Source: an uncultured Muribaculaceae bacterium (GTDB taxonomy: Bacteria; Bacillota_I; Bacilli_A; RF39; UBA660). From it: a DNA stretch of 62,100 nt. Positions 28,355 through 37,775 of the stretch are shown here, piece by piece (position 1 is the first letter of the stretch; the number at the start of each line of letters is the position of its first letter). Both the position numbers and the translations under genes were made by a program. The stretch is taken from NCBI GenBank assembly GCA_964371705.1, contig CAYJNH010000001.1, positions 1 to 62,100 on the forward strand. The letters are read 5' to 3'. The notes below the pieces were generated by a model, which searched no databases, had not been told where the DNA came from, and was given only the letters and a program-made list of their open reading frames with translations.

Positions 28355-28957
28355 ATGAAGTTGAATTTACCAAATAAAATAACACTTGCAAGAATATTTT
28401 TAGCAATTATTATACTTATAATGTTAATGGTTCCATGGGAATCATTTAATGTACAGTGGCCAGTGTATGTATATAAAGATATATTAATTAGTTTAGAATA
28501 TATTGTTGCAGGAATATTATTTTTAATAGCAGCATTAACAGATTTTTTAGATGGCTATATAGCAAGAAGTAGAAATTTAGTAACGGATTTTGGTAAAGTA
28601 GCAGACGCTATAGCAGACAAAATATTAGTTAACGGATTACTAGTAATACTTGCATATGAAAGAATTATTCCTGTAATCATCCCAGTGGTTATTATTACAA
28701 GAGATATTATTACTGATTCTTGTAAATCAATTTGTGGTAATAAAGGTAGTGTGGTAGCAGCATCAAATTTAGGGAAGTTAAAAACTATATTTATGATGGT
28801 TGGCTTAACGCTAGTAATGTTTTATGATTTTCCGTTTATATTATTCAATTTTAATATAGGCGAAATTTTATTAATGATTGCTACACTGTTATCAGTAGTT
28901 TCAGGAGTTGAATATGTATACAATTCAATGCCTTATTTATTTCCAAAGGACAAATAA
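28355..28957 (+). CDS. pgsA: CDP-diacylglycerol--glycerol-3-phosphate 3-phosphatidyltransferase
   Basis: CDP-alcohol phosphatidyltransferase motif DFLDGYIAR....T.FGK..D.IADK, plus multiple TM helices. Confidence 0.9.
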   Translation: MKLNLPNKITLARIFLAIIILIMLMVPWESFNVQWPVYVYKDILISLEYIVAGILFLIAALTDFLDGYIARSRNLVTDFGKVADAIADKILVNGLLVILAYERIIPVIIPVVIITRDIITDSCKSICGNKGSVVAASNLGKLKTIFMMVGLTLVMFYDFPFILFNFNIGEILLMIATLLSVVSGVEYVYNSMPYLFPKDK

Positions 28958-29031
28958 TGTCCTTTTTTTAATGAAATAACCTATATCAAAAATAATAATT
29001 TGAATAGTATAAGTTAGAGGAGGAATGTATT

Positions 29032-29370
29032 ATGAATAATTATTATGAAGGACATAGTGCATCTAATATGTTAAATGAAACAAATATGGAAGGAATGACC
29101 GAAGCAGTTGATCCAAATATGACAATGAATCAAAATATGGAAATGGGATGTTGTTTTGATCCATGTATGCAGCCTATGCCATGTGAACCAGTTTATGAAT
29201 GTCCACAAGAAAAAGTATGCCACAGGTACATAAATTACGAAGTGCCACACATTATGCCATGCAATACAAAAATTATTAATCATCATGTATATAAACATAC
29301 ATTTAAACCATGTTACTCATGTTGTGAAGAAAATGTAGTATGTAATGTTTACGGACCAAAATGTTGTTAA
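29032..29370 (+). CDS. CotD-like Cys/His/Met/Pro-rich spore coat protein
   Basis: RYINYEVPHIMPCNTKIINHHVYKHTFKP resembles the CotD repeat (V.P.....T...NHH...H). 15 Cys in 112 aa. Confidence 0.45.
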   Translation: MNNYYEGHSASNMLNETNMEGMTEAVDPNMTMNQNMEMGCCFDPCMQPMPCEPVYECPQEKVCHRYINYEVPHIMPCNTKIINHHVYKHTFKPCYSCCEENVVCNVYGPKCC

Positions 29371-29371
29371 G

Positions 29372-29396
29372 AAATCTCAGTTAGAGATTTTTTTCT
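29372..29396 (+). terminator. rho-independent terminator
   Basis: aaatctc / gagattt stem with T-run. Confidence 0.6.
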
Positions 29397-29402
29397 TACA
29401 CA

Positions 29403-29431
29403 TTGACTTTTTGTAACATTTTTGTTATAAT
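29403..29431 (+). promoter_or_regulatory. sigma-A-type promoter with extended -10
   Basis: TTGACT, 17 nt spacer (ending TGT), TATAAT. Confidence 0.55.
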
Positions 29432-29463
29432 TTATTTACTTATTTATTAAGTAGGGGGATAAT

Positions 29464-30006
29464 ATGGAAAATTTTAAAAGAGACATTATGGATAATTCAA
29501 TAGAAGAAATAACTGAATTACTAGAAAATTATTATTTAGAAGTTCACAAAAACAATGAAAGTTCGATATCATTTTTTGACAGTGTTTTTATATTACAAAT
29601 CATAAAAGATATGAAACCTAGTTTAAAAACTGCTGATGATATAAAAGAGTTCTTTAAGAATAACTATGAAAAATTAACAGCGATTCATAACAACAATTCT
29701 TATTTTAAACTTCATGGTTTAGCAATCAGTCTAATATCAGATAACAACAAAAAATTAGAAGAAAAACATAAATTGACGGTATTTTTTAAAGAAGACTATA
29801 TTTTATATTATGAAGTTAATGATGGTCAGTATATAACATCAACAAGCGAGCAAAAAAAGTTAGCTAAACAAACTCTTGAAACTAGTGATTTACCAGTATG
29901 TTTTAATACATTAAATTCCATGTTAAAAAGAATAATGATAGTTGATTATATTGAAAAACTTGAAAAAGATAAAAATTATAGCGAACTTCAAAGATTTATT
30001 GGGTAA
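29464..30006 (+). CDS. hypothetical protein, paralog pair member A
   Basis: 180 aa. Shares size and the C-terminal motif DLPVCFNTLNSMLKRI with 30091..30630 (GIPVCFITLSDMLMKL). Confidence 0.5.
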   Translation: MENFKRDIMDNSIEEITELLENYYLEVHKNNESSISFFDSVFILQIIKDMKPSLKTADDIKEFFKNNYEKLTAIHNNNSYFKLHGLAISLISDNNKKLEEKHKLTVFFKEDYILYYEVNDGQYITSTSEQKKLAKQTLETSDLPVCFNTLNSMLKRIMIVDYIEKLEKDKNYSELQRFIG

Positions 30007-30090
30007 GTATCAAACTTACTCTTTCATTTGCAATAAAATAGGTGTATAATCTTAATACCAGCAAAATAGTGGTGCATATAAAGGAGAAAA

Positions 30091-30630
30091 ATGGAAAATA
30101 CAATAAAATTGGAAAAAATATTTGTTGATGAATTAACTTTACTTTCAGAATTAAAGAAGGAAAAAAATCCAAATGTAAGATTAGACAGTATAGACTTTTT
30201 TATGAAAATGAAAGAAGTATATAATACAAATAACAATGAATATTTGTTAAAAATTTTAAAAGCAAAGAAGAAATTTTTATTAACTTATGGAAATGATCAT
30301 ACTTATGGAGTTGCAAAAAAAATTACAGCAAGTATGATACCTCAAGAAATGGAAAAATATACAGAAAAAGTAAATTTAGGACATTTTTATGAAGAAAACT
30401 ATCAGTTTATAAAAATTGTGCAAAATGTGGATAAAAACGGCATTATAAGTAATCAAGAAGTTTACACAACTGATGAAATGAAAGCTGAAGCAAAAACTTA
30501 TTTAGAAGAAAATGGTATACCTGTATGTTTTATTACATTAAGTGATATGTTGATGAAACTTTTAGAATTAAAAATAGAAAAACTAAGTATATCTAAAACA
30601 AGAATGACAAGAAAAAGAGCAAGAAAATAA
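30091..30630 (+). CDS. hypothetical protein, paralog pair member B
   Basis: 179 aa with RBS aaaggag. A terminator-like repeat aagagcaag / cttgctctt overlaps its 3' end. Confidence 0.5.
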   Translation: MENTIKLEKIFVDELTLLSELKKEKNPNVRLDSIDFFMKMKEVYNTNNNEYLLKILKAKKKFLLTYGNDHTYGVAKKITASMIPQEMEKYTEKVNLGHFYEENYQFIKIVQNVDKNGIISNQEVYTTDEMKAEAKTYLEENGIPVCFITLSDMLMKLLELKIEKLSISKTRMTRKRARK

Positions 30631-30683
30631 ACTTGCTCTTTATTTTGTGTAAAATATAAGTTATAATGTACATGGTGATAAAT

Positions 30684-31052
30684 ATGAATAATAAAGGCTT
30701 TACAACAATTGAACTTTTAATAGTAGTTGCAGTATTTACAATAATATACTTTATAGGTGTATCTAGTGTTTCATATGCGTTTAGTACCAGCGAAACAGAT
30801 CTTAAATATGATGATATTATAAACATTATTGAAGTGCAAGCTCAAACATATGCTGAAAATAATAGTGATATATTTAAAGAAGAAAACACAGTATATGTAT
30901 ATGTAAAAGATTTGATTGAAAATAAATATTTAGTAGCAAATGAAAATGGGAAAATAATGAACCCACAAGAACCAAATAAAGATTTAAATGATTTAAAAAT
31001 TAAGATAGAAAAAAAAGAAGATAAAATAGAAACTAATATAGTCGAAATTTAA
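30684..31052 (+). CDS. orphan type IV prepilin-like protein (N-terminal cleavage/methylation motif)
   Basis: MNNKG|FTTIELLIVVAVFTIIYFIG is a canonical class III signal with Glu at +5. ATG at 30684 is preferred (GGTGA RBS) over the track start at 30666. Confidence 0.7.
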   Translation: MNNKGFTTIELLIVVAVFTIIYFIGVSSVSYAFSTSETDLKYDDIINIIEVQAQTYAENNSDIFKEENTVYVYVKDLIENKYLVANENGKIMNPQEPNKDLNDLKIKIEKKEDKIETNIVEI

Positions 31053-31136
31053 ATGTAAAAAAGTGTAAAAATTATTAAAGAAATGTATTAACCTTTATAA
31101 TATATAGTAAAATATTATTGTAAGGGAGTGAGAGAA

Positions 31137-31340
31137 GTGTTATATCCATCAATAGATAAGATGCTAACAATAGTAGATTCAAAATATAAACTAGTTCACG
31201 TTGCATCACAAAGAAGTAAACAAATGTTAGAACATAGCCACTATCAAATGAAAGAGTGTGATTACACAAACAAAAAAGAATTAGGAAGAGCTATGGAAGA
31301 ATTAAATGAAAATTTAATAAATTTAACAGAAAAGAAATAA
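31137..31340 (+). CDS. rpoZ: RNA polymerase omega subunit
   Basis: MLYPSIDKMLTIVDSKYKLVHVASQRSKQM matches the omega N-terminus. GTG at 31137, 8 nt after AGGGAG. Confidence 0.8.
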   Translation: MLYPSIDKMLTIVDSKYKLVHVASQRSKQMLEHSHYQMKECDYTNKKELGRAMEELNENLINLTEKK

Positions 31341-31356
31341 AAATTCTAAAAAGTGC

Positions 31357-31385
31357 TTGATTAATGTCAAATATTATGATAAAAT
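31357..31385 (+). promoter_or_regulatory. sigma-A-type promoter for tRNA-Ala
   Basis: TTGATT, 17 nt spacer, TAAAAT, ending about 12 nt before the tRNA 5' end. Confidence 0.45.
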
Positions 31386-31397
31386 AATCATGCTTTT

Positions 31398-31474
31398 GGG
31401 GAATTAGCTCAGTTGGCTAGAGCACCTGCCTTGCACGCAGGGGGTCAAGGGTTCGAGTCCCTTATTCTCCACCA
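31398..31474 (+). tRNA. tRNA-Ala (anticodon UGC), CCA encoded
   Basis: Cloverleaf folded by hand: acceptor GGGGAAU/AUUCUCC with the G3:U70 identity pair, anticodon loop CUUGCAC, T-loop GGTTCGAGTCC, and a 3' CCA. Confidence 0.95.
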
Positions 31475-31485
31475 TTAGTATATAA

Positions 31486-31508
31486 AAACGCAGTAAGCGT
31501 TTTTTTTA
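31486..31508 (+). terminator. rho-independent terminator after tRNA-Ala
   Basis: aaacgc / gcgttt stem with T8. Confidence 0.65.
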
Positions 31509-31527
31509 TAAAAGAAAGTAGTAAAAT

Positions 31528-31899
31528 ATGGTATTACAAAAACTATTGAATAGTCCACTTAATATACAAAATAAAATGTCTCATACTATTATTATTAAAT
31601 ATCTAAGAAGTAACGAGCTTTTTAGAAAAAAAATACATAAAGAAGAAGAAGTAATAAATGTTTTCAAGTCTGTATTTCCATATATCGATAATTTACAAAA
31701 AATAGCTTTACTTGAGGAAATGAATAATCACGATAAAATAAAAAAATATTTATATGAAAATATTGAGTTTATGACAAAAATATTATTAAATAATAATACA
31801 GATTACTTTATAATAGTTAAAATATATTTAATAATAATAAAAAAACATATATATAAATTTGAAGATATAAAATATTTATTTGATAATTTATCAATTTAA
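31528..31899 (+). CDS. hypothetical protein (extremely AT-rich)
   Basis: 123 aa ORF with no motif. Contains KKYLYEN, which recurs at the N-terminus of the next ORF. Confidence 0.3.
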   Translation: MVLQKLLNSPLNIQNKMSHTIIIKYLRSNELFRKKIHKEEEVINVFKSVFPYIDNLQKIALLEEMNNHDKIKKYLYENIEFMTKILLNNNTDYFIIVKIYLIIIKKHIYKFEDIKYLFDNLSI

Positions 31900-31911
31900 C
31901 TGTTTTTGTAA

Positions 31912-32694
31912 ATGAAAAAATACTTATATGAAGATAATAATTTAAATTTTGATGAAGAAGAATTAAATAAATTAAAAAATTATATATTAGAATATTATAA
32001 CTGCAATAATAAAGAAATTGTGAAAAACATAGTTTCAAATCATTTACTATTAAATGAAAGTAAAGAAAAATTAGAAAAAAACAGAGAATTTTCAAGAAAA
32101 TTCGACGAAACATATAACAATTTTTTTGTATATTTAATAAATGATTTGCTAAAAGAACAAAATACAGATATACTAAATTTTAAAAAAATAAATTCAGGTG
32201 CATATTCTGTAGTGTATCAAATAAATGAAAAAATATTAAAAATAGGAATACCTAGATATACTCATAATATTCCCAATCATAAATTAATAATTCAGCCATT
32301 TATAAGGTATAATTTAGAATTTATTTATGTTGAAGTAATGGAGTTAGTCAAAACTAGTGATAATCTTACAAAAGAGGATGTATATTTAATTTATAAAGAA
32401 TTAAGAGAAACTGGAATTGTATGGGCATCACCAATGGTTAAAAATATAGGAATATTACAAAAGAGCAACTGTTCTTATATTAACAACAAAAAAATAGAAA
32501 TAAATCAGATAGCCAATGGTTTTGATCTAAATGCAAAAAAAATATTGTCTTCAGGAGATCTTGTTATTTTAGACACTGATCATTTGTTTTATGAAAATGA
32601 ATTTAATTTTATAGACGCTAAATTAATACCTGATTTAGAATATTATGAAACAAAATACCAATTTGATAAAATGTTTAATAGATTAAAAAAATAA
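31912..32694 (+). CDS. hypothetical protein with weak protein-kinase-like features
   Basis: INSGAYSVVYQINEKILKIG resembles a Gly-loop plus VAIK Lys. EVMEL is hinge-like and ILDTD is DFG-like. The catalytic loop is not canonical. Confidence 0.3.
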   Translation: MKKYLYEDNNLNFDEEELNKLKNYILEYYNCNNKEIVKNIVSNHLLLNESKEKLEKNREFSRKFDETYNNFFVYLINDLLKEQNTDILNFKKINSGAYSVVYQINEKILKIGIPRYTHNIPNHKLIIQPFIRYNLEFIYVEVMELVKTSDNLTKEDVYLIYKELRETGIVWASPMVKNIGILQKSNCSYINNKKIEINQIANGFDLNAKKILSSGDLVILDTDHLFYENEFNFIDAKLIPDLEYYETKYQFDKMFNRLKK

Positions 32695-32764
32695 AATAAT
32701 TTAATAGTGTTATTAACACTATTTTTCTTGTTTTAAACGCTAAAGTTTTATATAATAAATATAA

Positions 32765-34051
32765 ATGAAAGGAAGTAATATGAATATAGCAACTTTATTA
32801 CCAGCAGACAATTACAAAGTGATAAATAAAACTATATTAACAGATTTTGATCGTAAAATATTAGTTTCTTTTTATAGTCCCATAATGGGGCCAATAGCTA
32901 CAAGTTTATATTTAACTTTGTGGCAAGATTTGGATAATTTAGAATTATTTAGTCGAAATTTAATTCATCACCACTTGATGAGTATATTAAAATGTAGTTT
33001 AAAAGAAGTAAAAGAGTCAAGAGAATCATTAGAATCTCTAGGTTTATTAAAAACATATGTAAAAATTGGAGAAATTAACGAATATATATATGAATTATAT
33101 TCTCCTTTACAACCTTATGAATTTTTTAATCATCCTATATTAAATATAGTTTTATACAACAATATAGGAAGAGAAGAATATGAAAGGTTAAAAATTTTAT
33201 ATCAAAAAATAAAAATAGATACAAAAAATTATGAAGATATTACAAAAAAAATAGATGATGTATATAGAAGTGATAACGTGGCTTTTACAGATGATACAAG
33301 AGAAAGAAAAATTAATTCAATAAAAGTAAATGAAAAAATAGATTTTGATATGCTAGCATCTGCTATGCCTAAAGGAATTATTAATGATAAAGCATTTAAC
33401 AAAAAAACAAAAGAACTAATATGTTTATTAGCATTTATATATGATTTAGATACAATTAAGATGACTGAAATATTAAGAAGTGTATTAAATGAATTTGGTA
33501 TGATAGATAAATCTGAATTAAGAATAGCAACAAGAAAATATTATCAGTTTAAAAATAATGCGTTACCAACTCTTGTATACAGATCTCAGCCAGAATATTT
33601 AAAAAATCCAGAAGGCGATAACTCTATGAGAGGTAAAATAATAGCGCTCTTTGAAAATACTACACCATATGACTTTTTAAAAGGTAAAAATAAAGGAGCA
33701 AAACCAACTAATAGAGATTTAAAAACATTAGAAATGTTATTAATAGATTTGGAATTAACGCCAGCAGTAGTTAATGTGTTAATAGATTATGTATTAAGAA
33801 AAAACAATAATAGATTAACTATGGCATATGTAGAAACAATAGCTTCTCAGTGGAAAAGAGCAGGATTAAAAACAGCAAAGGAAGCAATGCAGTTTGCAGA
33901 AAAAGAACATAAAAAATATAGTAAAAAAAGTTATGGAACAGTAAAAAAAGAAACTAAAGTTCCTGTTTGGTTTAATGATTCAATAAAAAAAGAAGAAGTA
34001 ACTATTGAAGAAGAAGAAGAATTAAAAGATTTATTAAAGGAGTTTAAATAA
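32765..34051 (+). CDS. dnaB: replication initiation and membrane attachment protein (B. subtilis-type DnaB, not the replicative helicase)
   Basis: DnaB_2/DnaD-like C-terminal domain (YVETIASQWKRAGLKTAKEA). Immediately followed by dnaI. An alternative start lies at 32780. Confidence 0.7.
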   Translation: MKGSNMNIATLLPADNYKVINKTILTDFDRKILVSFYSPIMGPIATSLYLTLWQDLDNLELFSRNLIHHHLMSILKCSLKEVKESRESLESLGLLKTYVKIGEINEYIYELYSPLQPYEFFNHPILNIVLYNNIGREEYERLKILYQKIKIDTKNYEDITKKIDDVYRSDNVAFTDDTRERKINSIKVNEKIDFDMLASAMPKGIINDKAFNKKTKELICLLAFIYDLDTIKMTEILRSVLNEFGMIDKSELRIATRKYYQFKNNALPTLVYRSQPEYLKNPEGDNSMRGKIIALFENTTPYDFLKGKNKGAKPTNRDLKTLEMLLIDLELTPAVVNVLIDYVLRKNNNRLTMAYVETIASQWKRAGLKTAKEAMQFAEKEHKKYSKKSYGTVKKETKVPVWFNDSIKKEEVTIEEEEELKDLLKEFK

Positions 34052-34941
34052 TGGAAGGACTAAAAGGTATATTAACTAGGGAAAATGAAATATCAATTAA
34101 TAATGAATATCTAAATGCATTAAAAGATAATGATTTTAAAACTGTAGTCAATAAATTAAATTTAGAAGAAAATATAATAAAAAGAAATGTGACAAAGATA
34201 ATCGATACAATTGAAGAAATAAGAACATGTAAAAAATGTAGTGGATTATATAATTGTAAAAATAAGTTAGTAGGGCACGTACTTTTTCCGGAAAATAAAG
34301 AAGATACTTTGCAATTTACATACACGCCATGCAAATATCAAAAAAAATTTGATAAAGAAAAAGAAGAAAAACAAACAAGTAAAAAAGAAATAAATACAGT
34401 TAAAATGAAAGATATAGATATTACTGATAAAAAAAGAATTCCTCTAATCAAATGGATAAAAAATTTTTATGATGAATATTCTCCAAATAAAAATCAAAAA
34501 GGATTATATTTACATGGTTCGTTTGGCGCAGGAAAAACATTTTTAATAGCGGCATTATTTAATGAATTAGCTGATAAAAAATATGCAACAAAAGAAATAG
34601 TATATTTTCCAGAATTACTTAGAAGTTTGAAAGAAGATTTCTCATTAATGGAAATGAAGATGAATAATTTAAAAGAAGTTGACTTATTATTATTTGATGA
34701 CATAGGTGCTGAGAATGTTACAGAGTGGGGCAGAGATGAAATTTTAGGTGCGATACTTCAGTATAGAATGAATGAAGGAAAAACTACTTATTTTACTTCT
34801 AACTTAAGTATAGAAGATTTAGAGTCTCATTTATCAGTTACTAAAAATAGTGATGACAAAGTTAAAGCTAGAAGAATAGTACAAAGAATAAAGCAATTAA
34901 CAGAAAATCTGGAATTGCAAAGTGAAAATAGAAGAAAATAA
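34051..34941 (+). CDS. dnaI: primosomal helicase loader DnaI
   Basis: N-terminal Cys motif (CKKCSG...C), Walker A GSFGAGKTF, Walker B LLLFDDIGAE. Confidence 0.85.
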   Translation: MEGLKGILTRENEISINNEYLNALKDNDFKTVVNKLNLEENIIKRNVTKIIDTIEEIRTCKKCSGLYNCKNKLVGHVLFPENKEDTLQFTYTPCKYQKKFDKEKEEKQTSKKEINTVKMKDIDITDKKRIPLIKWIKNFYDEYSPNKNQKGLYLHGSFGAGKTFLIAALFNELADKKYATKEIVYFPELLRSLKEDFSLMEMKMNNLKEVDLLLFDDIGAENVTEWGRDEILGAILQYRMNEGKTTYFTSNLSIEDLESHLSVTKNSDDKVKARRIVQRIKQLTENLELQSENRRK

Positions 34942-34953
34942 AACATTTGTTCG
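34940..34953. promoter_or_regulatory. possible degenerate LexA (Cheo-type) box upstream of recA
   Basis: aaaAC-ATTT-GTTCG compared with CGAAC-N4-GTTCG. The right half is perfect and the left half matches 3 of 5. It lies just upstream of the -35. Confidence 0.3.
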
Positions 34954-34961
34954 TTTTTGTG

Positions 34962-34990
34962 TTGACAAGTGTTTTTTTTTGTTATACAAT
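34962..34990 (+). promoter_or_regulatory. sigma-A-type promoter of recA
   Basis: TTGACA, 17 nt spacer, TACAAT. Confidence 0.5.
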
Positions 34991-35022
34991 GACAATGTAT
35001 CAGAGTTACATTAGGAGGAAAA

Positions 35023-36048
35023 ATGAAAGTATCAAAAGACAGTAAAAATAAAGATAAAACTTTAGAACAGGTATTAGCAGACATAGAAAAACAATTTGGA
35101 GCAGGGGCCATAATGAAACTAGGAAGCGAAGATCACATAGAAATAGATGTGTGTTCTTCAGGTTCATTAGCCCTTGATGTAGCACTAGGAGTCGGTGGAT
35201 TTCCAAAAGGAAGAATAATAGAAATATATGGTCCAGAATCTAGTGGTAAAACAACAGTAGCACTTGAAGCAGTAGCGGCAGTTCAAAAATCAGGTGGAAG
35301 AGCAGCTTTTATTGATGCAGAACATGCACTGGATCCAGTATATGCAAAAGCTTTGGGAGTTAATATTAATGAATTACTATTATCTCAACCAGATACTGGA
35401 GAACAAGCATTAGAAATTTGTGAAGCTTTAGTAAGAAGTGAAGCAGTTAATATAATCATAATAGATTCAGTGGCAGCATTAGTTCCACAAGCAGAAATTG
35501 ATGGTGAGATGGGAGATTCTCATGTAGGTCTTCAAGCTAGGCTGATGTCTCAAGCTTTAAGAAAATTATCAGGTATAATGAATAAAACAAATACTATTGC
35601 TATTTTTATTAATCAGTTAAGAGAAAAAGTTGGTGTAATGTTTGGAAATCCAGAAACAACACCAGGAGGAAGAGCTTTAAAATTTTATTCTTCTATTAGA
35701 TTAGATATAAGAAGAGGAGAACAAATAAAATTAGGAGACCAAATTCTAGGTAATAAAACTAATATTAAAGTTGTTAAGAATAAAGTAGCTCCACCATTTA
35801 AAATAGCACAAGTTGATATTATGTACGGCGAAGGTATATCTAAAGAAGGAGAACTAATAGACTTAGCATCAGATTTGGGTATAATAGAAAAAAGTGGAGC
35901 ATGGTATTCATATAATAGTGATAAAATAGGACAAGGTAAAGAAAACGTAAAACAATATTTAAAGGAAAACTTAGAAACAACAAAAGAAATTGATGCAAAA
36001 GTTAGAGATTATTATGGTTTTAAAATCAAAGAAAAAGGCACTAAATAA
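35023..36048 (+). CDS. recA: recombinase RecA
   Basis: GPESSGKTT Walker [10 protein letters not shown] Walker B, and full-length similarity to RecA. Confidence 0.97.
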   Translation: MKVSKDSKNKDKTLEQVLADIEKQFGAGAIMKLGSEDHIEIDVCSSGSLALDVALGVGGFPKGRIIEIYGPESSGKTTVALEAVAAVQKSGGRAAFIDAEHALDPVYAKALGVNINELLLSQPDTGEQALEICEALVRSEAVNIIIIDSVAALVPQAEIDGEMGDSHVGLQARLMSQALRKLSGIMNKTNTIAIFINQLREKVGVMFGNPETTPGGRALKFYSSIRLDIRRGEQIKLGDQILGNKTNIKVVKNKVAPPFKIAQVDIMYGEGISKEGELIDLASDLGIIEKSGAWYSYNSDKIGQGKENVKQYLKENLETTKEIDAKVRDYYGFKIKEKGTK

Positions 36049-36139
36049 ATAAAATAGAGAAAAAACTTGCATAAATAGAAAATAACTTTTATAATAAACT
36101 TATAGAAGTTATTTTTATTCTATGAAAGAAGGAGAGAAA

Positions 36140-37693
36140 ATGGGTAATATTGAATTACCATTTATAACTCTATTTCTTGGTTTAGTAATTGGATTATTTA
36201 TTTCGTGGTTAATAAATGTTTTAAAAAAAACAAATACTGAAAAAAACGCTAATAAAATTATAGAAGAAGCAAAAAAAGAAGCAGACAAATATAAAAGAGA
36301 TAGTTTGTTTGAATTAAAAGAAGAATCTCATAAATTAAAACTGCAATCAGATGCAGAAATTAAAGAAAAGAAATCAGAAATTAAAGAAAGTGAAGAACGC
36401 CTTTTTACTAGAGAAAGTAATTTAGATAAAAGAGAAGAAATGATTCACAAAAGAGATAACTTAATTGATGAAAAAGAAAAAAATTTATTAGCGAAACAAA
36501 CAAGTTTACAAGAAAAAGAGGAAAAAATGGATAAGCTACTTAAAGATGAAGTAGCACAGTTAGAAAAAATATCAGGTTTAAGTAAAGAAAAGGCAAAGGA
36601 AAAAATATTAGAAATAGTAGAAAAAAATACTGCCTTAGAGATAGCAGATTATATTAAAACGGAAGAAGCAAAAGCAAAATTAGAAGCAAATGAAAAAGCA
36701 AAACAATTAATAGTAAGTAGTATGGAAAGATATTCAGACGATGTAGTTGGAGAACAGTCAGTATCAACAATTAATTTACCTAGTGATGATATGAAAGGTA
36801 GATTAATAGGTCGAGAAGGAAGAAACATACGTACGATTGAATCAATAACAGGAGTAGATTTAATAATTGATGACACACCTGAAACAATTGTTATATCATC
36901 ATTTGATCCACTTAGACGTGAAATTGCAAAGGTAACAATAGAAACTTTAATAAAAGATGGAAGAATACATCCGTCTAGAATAGAAGAGATATATGAAAAA
37001 GTTACAAATGATATTAATTCTAAAATAATGGAAATAGGTAATAAAACTATTACAGATTTAGGAATTGTTAAAGTAGATCCGGAAATAATAACATTAATTG
37101 GTAAACTTCATTTTAGAACAAGTTATGGTCAAAATGCACTAAAACATTCGATTGAAGTTGCTAACCTTACAGGATTAATGGCATCAGAAATTGGTGAAAA
37201 TATTGGATTAGCAAAAAGAGCCGGTTTATTACATGACATTGGAAAAGCAATTGACTTTGAAATAGAAGGATCGCATGTAGAAATAGGAGCTGACTTTGCA
37301 AAAAAATATAAAGAAAATGATATTGTAATAAACTCAATAGCGTCACATCATGGTGATGAAGAGGCTAAAAGTGTTATATCCGTATTGGTAGCAATAGCGG
37401 ACACATTATCAGCAGCAAGACCAGGTGCTAGAAATGATTCTTTAGAAAACTATATTAAAAGACTGGAACAATTAGAAGAAATAGGGAACTCTTATGAAGG
37501 TGTTGAAAAAACATACGCAATGCAAGCAGGAAGAGAACTAAGAGTAATGGTTAAACCAGGTGAAGTTGATGACGCTAGTAGTCATAAGATAGCTAGAGAT
37601 ATCAAAGAACGTATTGAAAAAGAAATGCAGTATCCTGGAACAGTTAAAATAACAGTTATCAGAGAAACAAGAGTACAAGAAGAAGCTAAATAG
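36140..37693 (+). CDS. rny: ribonuclease Y
   Basis: N-terminal TM helix, Lys/Glu-rich coiled coil, KH domain (GRLIGREGRNIR) and HD domain (LLHDIGKA). ATG at 36140 follows GAAGGAGAG. Confidence 0.93.
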   Translation: MGNIELPFITLFLGLVIGLFISWLINVLKKTNTEKNANKIIEEAKKEADKYKRDSLFELKEESHKLKLQSDAEIKEKKSEIKESEERLFTRESNLDKREEMIHKRDNLIDEKEKNLLAKQTSLQEKEEKMDKLLKDEVAQLEKISGLSKEKAKEKILEIVEKNTALEIADYIKTEEAKAKLEANEKAKQLIVSSMERYSDDVVGEQSVSTINLPSDDMKGRLIGREGRNIRTIESITGVDLIIDDTPETIVISSFDPLRREIAKVTIETLIKDGRIHPSRIEEIYEKVTNDINSKIMEIGNKTITDLGIVKVDPEIITLIGKLHFRTSYGQNALKHSIEVANLTGLMASEIGENIGLAKRAGLLHDIGKAIDFEIEGSHVEIGADFAKKYKENDIVINSIASHHGDEEAKSVISVLVAIADTLSAARPGARNDSLENYIKRLEQLEEIGNSYEGVEKTYAMQAGRELRVMVKPGEVDDASSHKIARDIKERIEKEMQYPGTVKITVIRETRVQEEAK

Positions 37694-37775
37694 CTTCTTT
37701 TTCTTTTTATTTTCCTCATTTTAAAAAAATATTTATTATCATTAATTAATGCAATAAAAAAATGCATTAAAGCAT

